From: a virus
DNA length: 64,000 bases
Virus record (IMG/VR): IMGVR_UViG_3300030430_004473
Location: 11,828-75,827 of that record
Reading direction: 5' to 3' (one strand)
Every line of letters begins with the position of its first letter. Position 1 is the stretch's first letter. The translations under genes were made by a program, and so were the position numbers. The notes under the pieces are model-generated. The model saw nothing but the letters and a program-made list of their open reading frames with translations, did no database searches and was not told where the DNA came from. This document shows positions 19,401-29,220 of this stretch, piece by piece.

Positions 19401-21614
19401 CAGAGTAGATTAGACGTAGCAAAACAAAGCGTTTTACAAGAGTTAGAGGCCAATCAACAAGTTGCGGTACAGAGATTAAAAGAAGCTGGTGCTACGAACG
19501 CTCAGTTGGAAAAGTTAGAAGCTATACATAGACAACAAAGATTAAATGCAGAAGAAGAATTAATAAGCCAGTTTGTGAAACCGTATGGAGAATACACTGA
19601 TCAGATTGACAAATTAAATAAGAAATCGAACAGTGCTTTTTTGAAAGGAGCTAGAGAAAGAGCAACGAGAGAAGTAGAATTCTTAGAAGAAAAAATAAAA
19701 CTTGAAGAAGAATTAGCTAGAGTGAGAGCCGAAACAGCTGGTCTATCAGAAGAAGATCAAGCTTCAGCAGTTGGTAGAGTTCAATCAGAAATCGATCAAT
19801 TAACAGAGTCATTTGAAAAGTCTACGTCATTTCTAGGTAAGTTTAAAGAAGGTCTAGCAACAATAGGAATCAAGTCTATTCAAGCATTAGGCAAAGCGTT
19901 CCAGAAGTTCGGAAGTTTAGCTGCTGGTGCTTTGCAAGGTGTAATATCACTGGGTAACAATCTATTATCTACGTTTACTGGTGGGACCGAAATCAATCCG
20001 TTTCAAATGATCACTGGTGCAGCTGGAGATCAAGTAGCTCAACAGGAAGAACAACAAGGCCAATTGGATGAAGCTTTAGCAAGTGGTCAAATAACACAGG
20101 AACAGTTTGACGAACGATCTCAACAGTTAGTAGATCCAGCTGAAATAGCCAAAGAGTTTGTAGGTAATATCGTATCAGAAGCTAAGAATATGGCTATGGC
20201 TATTGCTACACAAGCTCCGTTGATTATAGCCGAGTTAGCCGTTGCTATTCCGGAATTGGTTGATCTGTTAGTCGAGAATATTCCTAAAGTCATAATAGCT
20301 TTGGGTGAAGGTTTGCCTACTGTAGTTCTGGCATTGATAGACGGAATCATAGAATTACTTCCGGTACTCGCAGACGCTTTATTGAATAATGCGTTGCCAA
20401 ATATCATAGACGGAATAGTGGTTTTACTTACTGAAAAACTACCAGAGTTAGCTGATACACTTCTTCCGATTGTTACAGATCTAGTAGAGTTTATTGTTAC
20501 TGAAGCTCCGAAGATTGTAGATGCGTTAATTGAAGCTCTACCTGATGTTGTAGACTTTTTGGTTCAAGGTGTAACTGAAATATTGACTGGTATTCCTAAA
20601 TTATTAAAGACATTACTCGGTGCTATTCCTACAATCATCACCGAATTATTAGGTGGTGTATCTGAATTGGTTATGGCAGTTTTTGACGCAGTTCCGTTGA
20701 TTATAGAAGAAGTGATCAAAGCTCTACCTGATATCATCAGTTCTTTAATTCGTGGTATTTTAGACGTTATTGTAGCGATAGCCCAAGCACTTCCAGGCCT
20801 CATCAACGAGATTATTAATTTATTGCCTCTTTTGTTAGAAGGTATTTTGACATTAATTCCGGAAATTATAATTGCTCTGGTTGAAGCTTTGCCTCTTATT
20901 ATTGAAGGTTTGATCAAAGGTTTGCCGGACTTGATAACTACTTTAATTACATTAGTTCCTCAAGTTGTATTTGCTATTATTAAAGCATTACCGCAAATAG
21001 CTGTTGTTTTGATACAGACTATTTTCACTCTTGCATTGGTCGAAATACCTAAATTGGTCGTCTTATTAGTTGAAGAAGTGTTGAAAGGTATAGGACAAGG
21101 AATAAAACAGTTATTTGTAGAAATAGGAGATTTCTTTTCTGGATTTGGCGATAGTATTACAGAAGCTTTAGATAGTCTAAAGGTCTTTTTCAAAGATGTA
21201 ATCAAAGAAATCGTATCGTTAGGAGCTAAAGAAACAGAAACGTTTGGAGATACGCCTGGCCCTATTGTAGCCGGTTCTAGTGGTTTTACGGCTAGTTTCG
21301 CACCGAATGACTATATAATAGCAGCTCAACGCCCAATGGACTTGATGAAACAAGCTATGCAAGCATTAGGTTCATCAATTCCGAAGTCAGTAACAAATTC
21401 AGTAGCTCAAGCGTTTCCTCCTCAATCATCAAATGAATCTAGTAGAGGTTCAACAACAAACGTGAATATTATAGCTGAAGGTAGATTGTTAGATGAAATA
21501 CAAATAACGGCTTTGGATAGAGGCCATGCTCCAAAACTAGAAAGAAAGTTGAAGAAAAATCGAGGTACGAAAGTAGGTTTTGACAGAGGGCGATTTAATC
21601 TTTTTGGAAAATAA
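16431..21614 (+). CDS. tape measure protein (TP901-type N-terminal domain)
   Basis: FEKSMA, ARELGKSTAYSATQAS, ELGRAG, ADVF, AGTQFR; coiled-coil middle; Pro-periodic amphipathic repeats at about 20200-21100. Confidence 0.95.
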   Translation: MASLYSIAASMNIDVKQFKSQLGSAQKSLNMFQNSLGAVNKAMGAIAIGGLAAITAGLGKLAKQTVQTGMAFEKSMAQLAAVKGFTDGSAEAERGIKKLEKTARELGKSTAYSATQASDAMIELGRAGLTAAEISGAIAPSLFLAGSSASDLTSATSLMAATMKQFSLDTSDASRVADVFTIAQQETMLSMESLTNAMKFAGTVGSAMSMSLEETTAAVGMFRDLGVQGATAGTQFRQMMISLANPTKKAQDTLEKFGLTVDDVNPQVKGFRGILETLAKSNMDLADITNLVSKRASASVTKLVSQFKAAQNSVEGTTFKYDDLLQKFEEGGGRAETTYNAMIDNVAGRFDILKSAFEEFQLTIYDTFSEPLKEVIGGDDTSGLIGLVNTFTETFQASGAVFQQMFSEMFGETLQNINQNQTEIAAGFISIISSAVKLGQTVVSLVPHFVTLFKVAVAWIVTAKIFAFAKALVVMVTGIKAGIVAFGGLRAATMAFIAASGGILPLIAAFATLVTIITSFAVASSKAAKEQANVTESINSSRDAIARFNKERVSGERGAGQGVGTGIERTKNLNAIEQQIHLEGQLTDELKRGFNTLDNMTEAQENKAIADGKMFSILVGGKQILVDHAQALRLENTALNENGAISDQLVQKQEAINKAREEATAQYKADRQAIEDVKEAIRVYNEENDSGRTLSQAVARASGNFSQELQKVAYNGNNAEEVLQQMINKLGAAEQGFVRADQAADNFNEQLAQAEEQRRKQEAEAEQKAAEEKKKKRADDFKKRQKEMKKAIEARIKLEQKLQDQIDVIRAKDSDKASVLLQQRFNEVRKVYNEELKFIGSNLAKRRQLELDYLQTITLLTEEANAKRLQGLIDTAEQVEQQNEFYGKNEIQRIREQTKARIDQLKEERDEIIKNNETLANERVGQIITDMDSGALSGEEADVAMAETDSQLAAGNLEAEKAFIQARNAVQLQGGRELAEALEAIDNEIAQSRLDVAKQSVLQELEANQQVAVQRLKEAGATNAQLEKLEAIHRQQRLNAEEELISQFVKPYGEYTDQIDKLNKKSNSAFLKGARERATREVEFLEEKIKLEEELARVRAETAGLSEEDQASAVGRVQSEIDQLTESFEKSTSFLGKFKEGLATIGIKSIQALGKAFQKFGSLAAGALQGVISLGNNLLSTFTGGTEINPFQMITGAAGDQVAQQEEQQGQLDEALASGQITQEQFDERSQQLVDPAEIAKEFVGNIVSEAKNMAMAIATQAPLIIAELAVAIPELVDLLVENIPKVIIALGEGLPTVVLALIDGIIELLPVLADALLNNALPNIIDGIVVLLTEKLPELADTLLPIVTDLVEFIVTEAPKIVDALIEALPDVVDFLVQGVTEILTGIPKLLKTLLGAIPTIITELLGGVSELVMAVFDAVPLIIEEVIKALPDIISSLIRGILDVIVAIAQALPGLINEIINLLPLLLEGILTLIPEIIIALVEALPLIIEGLIKGLPDLITTLITLVPQVVFAIIKALPQIAVVLIQTIFTLALVEIPKLVVLLVEEVLKGIGQGIKQLFVEIGDFFSGFGDSITEALDSLKVFFKDVIKEIVSLGAKETETFGDTPGPIVAGSSGFTASFAPNDYIIAAQRPMDLMKQAMQALGSSIPKSVTNSVAQAFPPQSSNESSRGSTTNVNIIAEGRLLDEIQITALDRGHAPKLERKLKKNRGTKVGFDRGRFNLFGK

Positions 21615-21646
21615 TAAGTTATCATATAGAAAAAAAGGACACAAAC

Positions 21647-24600
21647 ATGCCTACACAACCTAGCAGTTTTTTTATTGTACCGAGCTTACAAGACGCAGTA
21701 TTTGACAACGATCAAACAAATTCGCAAGGTGGTATCAGTTTTGGGGTAGGAATAGGAAGCTCAACAAATGTAGGTTCATTGAGCGTACTCGGAACAGGAA
21801 CGCCATCAACAAATTCACCGGCAGATCTGACATTAAGAGTACAGGATAGTGGATCACTGAATGAAACAACGTTTTTATACAAGCAATCCAATGAAGCTGA
21901 TTCTCTCTACAAAGGTGAACACGATAGACGTTATAGTCATCTACACAGTACGCCTTTTCCATATCAATCGTTAGACGATCCTAACTATTACGGATATGGA
22001 ATGTGTTTGGGTTATGTAGGAATAAATGACACTGAGTTTGTTGTAATAGTCGATCAATATAATATTCATCAAGTGGTCATATCTTATAGACAAATAGCTA
22101 CTTCAGATCTGTATACTTTTGACGGTGGTTGGAATAAAACAACATTGAATCTTCGTAGTCTTTTCAATCGTGGTATTGATTCGTCTGGTGCAGCTGCAAC
22201 CGCAGTAGTACAAATGGCCTCATGTACTCTACAGACTGGAAAAGCATTGATATTTGTTAGATACAACAATGATATTGATGTTTATACAACGTCAAACGGA
22301 ATAACGTGGCAATTGATAGCAGAACAGATTTTAGGTCGTTTTTTAGATATAGAACAACGGAATAGAATCACGTTGAAGAATCTTCAAGCAGCTGCTTCGA
22401 GTAACTTTGTAAAGATAGCATTGACAATATTTCAGAACGCAAATGATCATGTTGGAATTCTAACTTCATCAGATAACGGTTTGACATGGACTTTAACAGA
22501 TAAAGAGCTTACTGTAGCAGGTCAAAGCTCGCAATCCGGTTTTGATAGATATTCTTTTTCATTGTGTTCGTTAGGAAACTCGGGCGGTTTTTTACTAGCA
22601 AATGCAAACAATGTATTAAATATAATTGAAGTCTTTCATTGTAATGGAGCTAACAGCTTTTCGAAGAAGTCAAATTTATCGGTTACATATCCGGTATACC
22701 AAACATTTGCACCGTTAGTAGCACTATGTGAAGGGGTTGATAGTGTCATATTATTTTTGGATGGGGTGTATCAACCTACATGGTTATTAGAACCTGTTTC
22801 TTCGCCAAATAAAGAATTGTTGGATATTTTTCCAAATGCCGGCAATACCGGTGTAGGAAATGATAAAGAAACGTTTGGACTAGAACAGAATATTTTTGAA
22901 ATGAAGTTGAATCAGAATATAGATACAGCTACGTTTCGAGACTTAGGACAATATCCGTTTGAACATGAAACTACAACAGTAACAGAACAAGTAGTAGAGC
23001 CTGTAGCATTTTCTATTCTTACAGGTCAACCAATAACAGAAACAGTAACAACAGAAAAACCGTTTAGATACCCATCTCAAACAACCGGCTTTCAAGGGGT
23101 TCGTAATTTCAAATGGCAACGATTAAGAATGATCAAAATAGGGGCCGGTATTGCTCTTTGCACTCGATTAAGAATAGCTAACCTTACTGGTAATGCTGGA
23201 GAAGTAGGTGGTCTATTATATTTGAGATATGGAGGTTTTGATACTCGGCCTACAAATGACGTTTATGATTCTGTAAGACAAGGAGAAAAAGGACATCCGA
23301 TCAACAATCATCAACAGACATATATTTTATTTTTGATAGAATGGTATTCATGGTGTGGATCTCCAGCTGGTGTCATAGATACAAGTGAAAATTCAAAATG
23401 GGCGTTATATCGAAATGTAGCAACAATGAAAAGTTTTGTAGATCGATTATTGATTATGAATAATGGAACAGTAGATCAACAATTATGGTTTGAATATAGA
23501 CCAACGAGATCCTATTCTTCTACTACTCCGTTACTAGATTCTTATGTAACCCCTGAAAGAAATTGGTTTTTTGCAACAAATAATTTAGCTTTCGATCCGG
23601 TTGAAGATGGTACGCCCGCAGACAAACGATATAAATGGTCTAGTGGTTGTGTACTAGAATGGTGCGTAAATGTTAGCAGTACTTTAACAGAACCTTCGGG
23701 GCCTTTTCCAAATAGAGAGGGTCAATGTGCTATCTATATTGAAGGATATAGATTTAGTTTAAGCGCTCCCACAGCTGGAAGTTCTAGTGTATCAGCTGCG
23801 TTAGAAATCAGAATGTTCAAAGATTCTGTTTTTATATTTGATCATGGTAGCAATTCAATAGTAGAAACATTGAATATAACAACAACAGGAAGAAATTTAT
23901 CTGATAGCTATTTTGAATTTAAGTTAGCAATCATGCCAGTATCTCCAACGTCAAATTCAGCTCAATACATACTTCAATGCAGACCGTTAGGAAGTTCATC
24001 ATACGTTACTTCAGCTAAGAGGACAGTAACAACAACGAGCACGCCAATAACAGCTAGTGATCCAGATGAAAATTATTATCAACAAAGAATCAAGTTTGGA
24101 ATGTTGAGCGTTACAAACGCAAACATCACTGACGGAACAAGTCAAAACTGGAAATATGTTCGTTTACATCCATGTAATGACTTTGATCTTTTTGCAATAA
24201 ATGGAACAATTTCATATCGATCAGTACCGAATATATTGAGAGGTTTTAACATAACGAATAACTTGATTTATTTACAAGATGGGCAGAGTGTTTTGTGGTC
24301 CGGTTCGAGTGGTGCTGAAGCTGATACATTTGAGCTGAAACCGGAATATGCAAATTCATGTAGCAACATATTGCATTTTGATAATCCGAGACAACAATGG
24401 AGATCAGCTGGTTTAACAGACAACATTCAAACAGTGTTCTCCAGGCCGACAAAGAACGGAAAAATACAGAAAGATTTTATAAGTGGTTTTTCTATAATAG
24501 GAACAAACGCAACATCAGTTCAATTAGCGAGTCAAGTCAATAGCTCTTCAAGCTTTACCACACAAGCTACAATCAATTTAGAACGTGCTAGGGCTAGAGT

Positions 24601-25378
24601 CACAACAACAGTAACCGAAGGACAAACAATGGAGCTAGAATTTGATTCTGGTTTTCATCCGTATGCTGGTGAATTTCAATCTGGTAGAGGTTCCGGTGAA
24701 ATAAAGTATTATGCTCGATTTGGAACATTAGGAGGAGGATCAGCAAATATAAGCTTGAATGATCATCATGAAGTGCTAGATCATTTTGAAGATCCAAGTA
24801 GTTCAAAACAAAATATACAGTTATCAGATTTGGCAACGAATTCCACGATAGGGGCCGGTACAACCTTGATCATATATGGAGATAGAGGTTACGCATGTTT
24901 CAGTGGAATCAGAGATAATACTTCATATCGAATCAAAGCAGTAGGAACAGCTAACGAAGTAGAAGGGTATTTGTATGCTGGAACGATATGCGTAGGTAAT
25001 ACGTTGCAAATAGATCCTGTATTAAATTGGCAACATACTGTAGCGGTCCAGTCCAATAATACCGAGTTTAAGACGAGAGCTGGAATAGAATGGTCATATA
25101 ACGAGGGTCCGAGTCGTAGACAGTTAAATGGTACTATTGTGGGTGATGTAACTGAACAAATGCGTAACCGATTAAAGAACACAATCAGAAGAGCTACAGA
25201 CTTTAATAGTAGATCGTTGTTGTTTGTTCTACAAGATGGGGTTCAAGATACAGATATGATCTATTATGGAAAAGTAGAAGTAGGAACAAATGAAAATGCC
25301 GGCTATTACTATGATACAGAAGCTCAGCAGTGGAGATCAGTGGGGAATATGACACTGACGATCATAGAAAATACATAA
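21647..25378 (+). CDS. large tail-tip / distal-tail-like protein with BNR (Asp-box) repeats
   Basis: Directly after TMP; TSNGITW and SSDNGLTW Asp-boxes; Ser/Thr-rich; Dit-like C-terminus. Confidence 0.65.
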   Translation: MPTQPSSFFIVPSLQDAVFDNDQTNSQGGISFGVGIGSSTNVGSLSVLGTGTPSTNSPADLTLRVQDSGSLNETTFLYKQSNEADSLYKGEHDRRYSHLHSTPFPYQSLDDPNYYGYGMCLGYVGINDTEFVVIVDQYNIHQVVISYRQIATSDLYTFDGGWNKTTLNLRSLFNRGIDSSGAAATAVVQMASCTLQTGKALIFVRYNNDIDVYTTSNGITWQLIAEQILGRFLDIEQRNRITLKNLQAAASSNFVKIALTIFQNANDHVGILTSSDNGLTWTLTDKELTVAGQSSQSGFDRYSFSLCSLGNSGGFLLANANNVLNIIEVFHCNGANSFSKKSNLSVTYPVYQTFAPLVALCEGVDSVILFLDGVYQPTWLLEPVSSPNKELLDIFPNAGNTGVGNDKETFGLEQNIFEMKLNQNIDTATFRDLGQYPFEHETTTVTEQVVEPVAFSILTGQPITETVTTEKPFRYPSQTTGFQGVRNFKWQRLRMIKIGAGIALCTRLRIANLTGNAGEVGGLLYLRYGGFDTRPTNDVYDSVRQGEKGHPINNHQQTYILFLIEWYSWCGSPAGVIDTSENSKWALYRNVATMKSFVDRLLIMNNGTVDQQLWFEYRPTRSYSSTTPLLDSYVTPERNWFFATNNLAFDPVEDGTPADKRYKWSSGCVLEWCVNVSSTLTEPSGPFPNREGQCAIYIEGYRFSLSAPTAGSSSVSAALEIRMFKDSVFIFDHGSNSIVETLNITTTGRNLSDSYFEFKLAIMPVSPTSNSAQYILQCRPLGSSSYVTSAKRTVTTTSTPITASDPDENYYQQRIKFGMLSVTNANITDGTSQNWKYVRLHPCNDFDLFAINGTISYRSVPNILRGFNITNNLIYLQDGQSVLWSGSSGAEADTFELKPEYANSCSNILHFDNPRQQWRSAGLTDNIQTVFSRPTKNGKIQKDFISGFSIIGTNATSVQLASQVNSSSSFTTQATINLERARARVTTTVTEGQTMELEFDSGFHPYAGEFQSGRGSGEIKYYARFGTLGGGSANISLNDHHEVLDHFEDPSSSKQNIQLSDLATNSTIGAGTTLIIYGDRGYACFSGIRDNTSYRIKAVGTANEVEGYLYAGTICVGNTLQIDPVLNWQHTVAVQSNNTEFKTRAGIEWSYNEGPSRRQLNGTIVGDVTEQMRNRLKNTIRRATDFNSRSLLFVLQDGVQDTDMIYYGKVEVGTNENAGYYYDTEAQQWRSVGNMTLTIIENT

Positions 25379-25404
25379 AAAATGAATTTATTTTATATTT
25401 TTAT

Positions 25405-25433
25405 TTGACAAATAATAACACAGATCGTATAAT
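25405..25433 (+). promoter_or_regulatory. consensus sigma70 promoter with operator
   Basis: TTGACA-17-TATAAT; TAACACAGATCGTATAA at 25416-25432. Confidence 0.85.
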
Positions 25434-25458
25434 AAGAATGTATTCAACGGAGGTTCTT

Positions 25459-25755
25459 ATGTCAATCAAAACACAAATCATCAATCTAGCTAACAAGCTT
25501 GCTATCAATGTAGATCTAACTGATCTAACTGGTGAAGAGCTACAATGGTTGTATAACGATTTATGTCAAGAGGAAATGGCTTTGTATCGAGATACATGTC
25601 ATTACTATGGTGTTGATTCTTTGGGTCCAGATGATGAAGCTGGTCTTAATGACAATGAAGAAGAAACTATAAATATGTCAGAAGCTGATTTGAAAGATAT
25701 CGGCTTCAGAGAGTTATCAGCTGAAGAAAAAGCAGAAATCTTAAAGCGATTATAA
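25459..25755 (+). CDS. acidic hypothetical protein
   Basis: CAACGGAGG leader before the ATG at 25459. Confidence 0.7.
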   Translation: MSIKTQIINLANKLAINVDLTDLTGEELQWLYNDLCQEEMALYRDTCHYYGVDSLGPDDEAGLNDNEEETINMSEADLKDIGFRELSAEEKAEILKRL

Positions 25756-25803
25756 TCGCTTTCTATATCATATTATATTAACTAAATAAAAACGGAGTTT
25801 ATT

Positions 25804-26250
25804 ATGAATTATCAAAAAGAATTAGAGTTAGTCTACTGGATGGCAGTAACAGATCGCTGTGAAGAGTGGAAAACAAAGAAAGGTATGATAGAATTCTATC
25901 AATACCTCAAAACAAAAAAGCGAGTTGTCAAAGCTTTATCGTCTATAGGAATTGATATTGACGAGGAAATCAAAGCTATAAAGAAACTCACTTATAAAAC
26001 AAATCGTGTTTGGTGGGGAGATACCAATTTGATCAATCCAGAGGGACTTATTTCTTTTGACGGAAGAGATGATGTTTTTGAAAGGTTTGGTTATGAGCCT
26101 GCTACGGTTAAAGTAGCGAAAGCTCTCGGTAGATTTTCTCTTGAATATCTCGGTGAAGAATATGATAAGCACGTTGCTGAAAAGAAAGCAAAAGAAGAAG
26201 CTGCAAAGAAAAAGAAAGAAGAACGAAGAAAAAGAAGATCTAAAAAGTAA
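25804..26250 (+). CDS. hypothetical protein with basic C-terminal tail
   Basis: AACGGAG leader. Confidence 0.75.
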   Translation: MNYQKELELVYWMAVTDRCEEWKTKKGMIEFYQYLKTKKRVVKALSSIGIDIDEEIKAIKKLTYKTNRVWWGDTNLINPEGLISFDGRDDVFERFGYEPATVKVAKALGRFSLEYLGEEYDKHVAEKKAKEEAAKKKKEERRKRRSKK

Positions 26251-26291
26251 TATACATTGTCTTATAATAGTATCTAGCAACGGAGCTTAAT

Positions 26292-26804
26292 ATGAAAATC
26301 ATAAACGAACGAAAATTGAACATAAAAGGTAGACATCCAACAATCTCTCTACCTTTTATAAGAGCATGGATACAAGCTAGTCATACAGTTCTATCGTATC
26401 ATGGCAGAACATTCGATTTGTATGATTATAGGTTCTTCATAAAAGATTTAAGTGAAAGTTCAGCATGGGGAACGTGTAATAGTAAGAAAAAGACAATAAA
26501 ACTCTCTACGAAGATAAAAACAGCTGAACAAATTGCTACTGTGATCTTGCATGAATGTATTCATGCGTCAATGTCGTGGGAAAAAGGTACGGATGAAAAG
26601 TGTACCTCTACACTGGTATCTAAATTAAAACCAACAGTAGCTATAATAGCTCAGACGTTAGTAGACAATACCTTCAAAAATGCAGCTTACATAGCTCATA
26701 CGAAGGCCGGTATGTCTTACCCTACCAAAGATGGGAAAGACTTCTATGATAAAAATCAGTACGTTAATACTAATGCAAAAGATAAATATAGATCTAAAAA
26801 ATAA
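26292..26804 (+). CDS. SprT-like zincin metalloprotease-domain protein
   Basis: WGTC...IKLS...VILHECIHA (HExxH). Confidence 0.7.
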   Translation: MKIINERKLNIKGRHPTISLPFIRAWIQASHTVLSYHGRTFDLYDYRFFIKDLSESSAWGTCNSKKKTIKLSTKIKTAEQIATVILHECIHASMSWEKGTDEKCTSTLVSKLKPTVAIIAQTLVDNTFKNAAYIAHTKAGMSYPTKDGKDFYDKNQYVNTNAKDKYRSKK

Positions 26805-26863
26805 CTACACAAATAATATATATTGTGTTATAATAATTAGGTATTTCAACAACGGAGAAAATT

Positions 26864-27136
26864 ATGAAGTATGTTTGGGTATGTCGTTATCAAAACTCAC
26901 AGGGTGATGATATAGAAAGAGATATACGTGTAGATCATACATGTGCATTATTTGAAAGAGATTCCAACGACAGTGAAGATATTACTGTTGTAGTTGCTCT
27001 ATTTGCTATGACTGGAAAGAAAGTCTGGGGAATAGCTGAAGTTTGTGGCAATACCTTAGAGCCACAATTTGATACCGGCCTGGCCGTGCCGGAGAAGTTT
27101 ATCAAAGATATAGAAGAATATTATACTTTTCAATAG
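26864..27136 (+). CDS. hypothetical protein
   Basis: AACAACGGAG leader and its own promoter. Confidence 0.7.
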   Translation: MKYVWVCRYQNSQGDDIERDIRVDHTCALFERDSNDSEDITVVVALFAMTGKKVWGIAEVCGNTLEPQFDTGLAVPEKFIKDIEEYYTFQ

Positions 27137-27145
27137 GAGATAATC

Positions 27146-27415
27146 ATGAGTAAATACAAAGAATATAAAGTAGAAGAAGAACATAAGAAACCAAATATAG
27201 AAGCTTTTTCAATAGAACAGTGCGAAGAGCATATAAAGGATCTGTATGTAGCTATCAATGTTTATACGTTGAAACTTCATCAGATCACTGATTCTGTTGA
27301 ACGTGGTCTAGTGCTAACGTGTACTCAGATCCAAATGTATCGTGAGCTGGATGAAACCTATCAACAATTAACCAAACTATTAAAGGAGAAAATAACATGT
27401 CTTATCAAACAATAA
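27146..27415 (+). CDS. hypothetical protein
   Basis: AGGAG RBS. Confidence 0.65.
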   Translation: MSKYKEYKVEEEHKKPNIEAFSIEQCEEHIKDLYVAINVYTLKLHQITDSVERGLVLTCTQIQMYRELDETYQQLTKLLKEKITCLIKQ

Positions 27416-27972
27416 TAAACGGAAGAACATTCCTTAGAAGAATCACAAAACAAGATTATCTGGACTTCTACAAAATAACAAAATTTAATGCTAGTGATAG
27501 AGTTACATCAATAGCTGTATTACTTCTAAACATAGAAGATCTTCTAGTAAAGAAATATGATGATCATATATTCGATTATACTACTGATTGGCATGACTGG
27601 TTTCAATCACTATCAAATACAATCGGTAATTCAGTTCATCTACTAACTTGGAAAAGTTTCGAACATGACAATGAGTTTTATTTGAGTTTTGAAGCTGGTT
27701 CGAAAACCGGATCAGTAGTTACTATGTCCTATGTTACTCGCATAGAAAGTCAATATGATGAATCTTTTTCGAAAGAATACGATAAGACACAGTTCATTTC
27801 TATTATAGATCTTGAAGATATTTCTAAATTGAGTACTGAATTTAGACAAGCAGCTCAATCTATTTTTCTTGTTTCTCAACAAAAAACGCTCAAAGTAGTA
27901 CTTAATGATTATACTAAATTAAAGACAAAGCATGATAATGTTCAAAGCTTTTTCAGAGAAATCATTAAATAA
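27397..27972 (+). CDS. hypothetical protein
   Basis: AAGGAG RBS, 191 aa. Confidence 0.7.
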   Translation: MSYQTIINGRTFLRRITKQDYLDFYKITKFNASDRVTSIAVLLLNIEDLLVKKYDDHIFDYTTDWHDWFQSLSNTIGNSVHLLTWKSFEHDNEFYLSFEAGSKTGSVVTMSYVTRIESQYDESFSKEYDKTQFISIIDLEDISKLSTEFRQAAQSIFLVSQQKTLKVVLNDYTKLKTKHDNVQSFFREIIK

Positions 27973-27985
27973 TTCGAGGTTGATC

Positions 27986-28102
27986 GTGCGTGAATTCTAT
28001 TTGAGAACATGTTCCTGTTGTTCAAAAGTATTTCAATTTAAGAAGATTAAAAAGAGCATATTAAAACCGAAATGGATCTGTAAAAAATGTAGGCAATCAT
28101 GA
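27986..28102 (+). CDS. 38-aa zinc-finger microprotein (not in the ORF track)
   Basis: GAGG RBS, GTG start, CSCC...CKKC, ATGA overlap with the next gene. Confidence 0.5.
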   Translation: MREFYLRTCSCCSKVFQFKKIKKSILKPKWICKKCRQS

Positions 28103-28314
28103 CGATTAAAATTATAATAAAATGTAGCAAGTGTGAAAAAGAATCGACAGTTTATAACATGAATGAAGTTGATGTATTCAAATATATGGGCTGGCGTTTC
28201 TGTTCCAAAGATAACAGCTTACATACTTGTTCCGAGTGCTATGAAAAACAACAAAATCCAACCAAAGGAGAAAAGAAGAATGAGAGAAAAGAAACCGAGA
28301 GTCGATCTGGATAA
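28099..28314 (+). CDS. small zinc-finger protein
   Basis: CSKC...GW...CSEC. Confidence 0.6.
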   Translation: MTIKIIIKCSKCEKESTVYNMNEVDVFKYMGWRFCSKDNSLHTCSECYEKQQNPTKGEKKNERKETESRSG

Positions 28315-28510
28315 AGTAGGACATAAAGACAGAGAACGAATAGATCTTGTTATGCAAACTCAGAACGATAAGAAGAAGAAGCTCGAATATCTGAAAATGT
28401 GTATCAATACATATAATGCTATGTCAAATCGTCTTATAGCAGCTCGTGAAAGAGATCACTATATGATGATATCAAAGTATTGTGAAGATCTGATGAAAGG
28501 TATCAAATGA
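28280..28510 (+). CDS. hypothetical protein
   Basis: AAGGAG RBS before MREKKP. Confidence 0.55.
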   Translation: MREKKPRVDLDKVGHKDRERIDLVMQTQNDKKKKLEYLKMCINTYNAMSNRLIAARERDHYMMISKYCEDLMKGIK

Positions 28511-28824
28511 CGATACATGACTTCATAGATTTAATTCCATATCGAAAGAAAAGATATTTTTGTAGAAAGGCCGGCATTGATAAAGATTCACTTCGTAGGT
28601 GGACCGAAAAAAAATGTCAACCGAGTACATTATCAATCATTTATTTGAGTATGGCCCTATCAAAAGAGCTAGGCTTGGACTTCAACAAGCTCTTATTGCA
28701 GGGAATCAAAGCAGCTGCAAGGATAAAGAATGACAGAATTTTTCAAGAAATACATGACAGAAGAAATGATACAGAAGTTGATACAACAGAATATCATAGA
28801 ATATCAAACAATAATGAGCTATAA
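28507..28824 (+). CDS. XRE-like HTH protein
   Basis: FCRKAGIDKDSLRRWTEKKCQPS. Confidence 0.6.
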   Translation: MTIHDFIDLIPYRKKRYFCRKAGIDKDSLRRWTEKKCQPSTLSIIYLSMALSKELGLDFNKLLLQGIKAAARIKNDRIFQEIHDRRNDTEVDTTEYHRISNNNEL

Positions 28825-28951
28825 ACGTGAATACAGACAGAGTTCATGTTCGCCATATAATCTATGCTTAATCTGTTTGTTTATATCCAAAGAGCTAGGA
28901 CTAGACTTTGATAAACTGTTACTAGAAGCTTGTGAAATGATACTAAATTAG
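28730..28951 (+). CDS. HTH-like paralog of the preceding gene
   Basis: Shares SKELGLDF.KLLL with 28507..28824. Confidence 0.55.
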   Translation: MTEFFKKYMTEEMIQKLIQQNIIEYQTIMSYKREYRQSSCSPYNLCLICLFISKELGLDFDKLLLEACEMILN

Positions 28952-29010
28952 TAGGATATTACATCAAACTGTGATATAATATATTACACAAGATCAACGG
29001 AGATATCATC

Positions 29011-29220
29011 ATGATTTGTTTGTATCAATATGAAAATAAGTCTTACATTATACGAATGATATGGTTTGTTTCTGAAGAATCTGGTGAAACAAAAGAATGG
29101 TATGGGGTTGTAGAGGGAGCTGATGATGTTTTGTTTACAAGTCTGTATCATGATGAAGTCTATGACTTCTATATAAAAACAATCAACAATAGGAAAGCAA
29201 ATGGCGATAAAAGACAATGA
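29011..29220 (+). CDS. hypothetical protein
   Basis: CAACGGAG leader and extended -10. Confidence 0.65.
   Translation: MICLYQYENKSYIIRMIWFVSEESGETKEWYGVVEGADDVLFTSLYHDEVYDFYIKTINNRKANGDKRQ

Noticed and set aside
16661-21205. Antisense ORFs within the tape measure gene (16661, 17771, 20120, 20564, 20960) and within the fibre gene (33158, 34310)
   Set aside because: They are shadows of Ala/Ile/Leu-rich sense codons, lack RBSs and are fully nested in confident genes.
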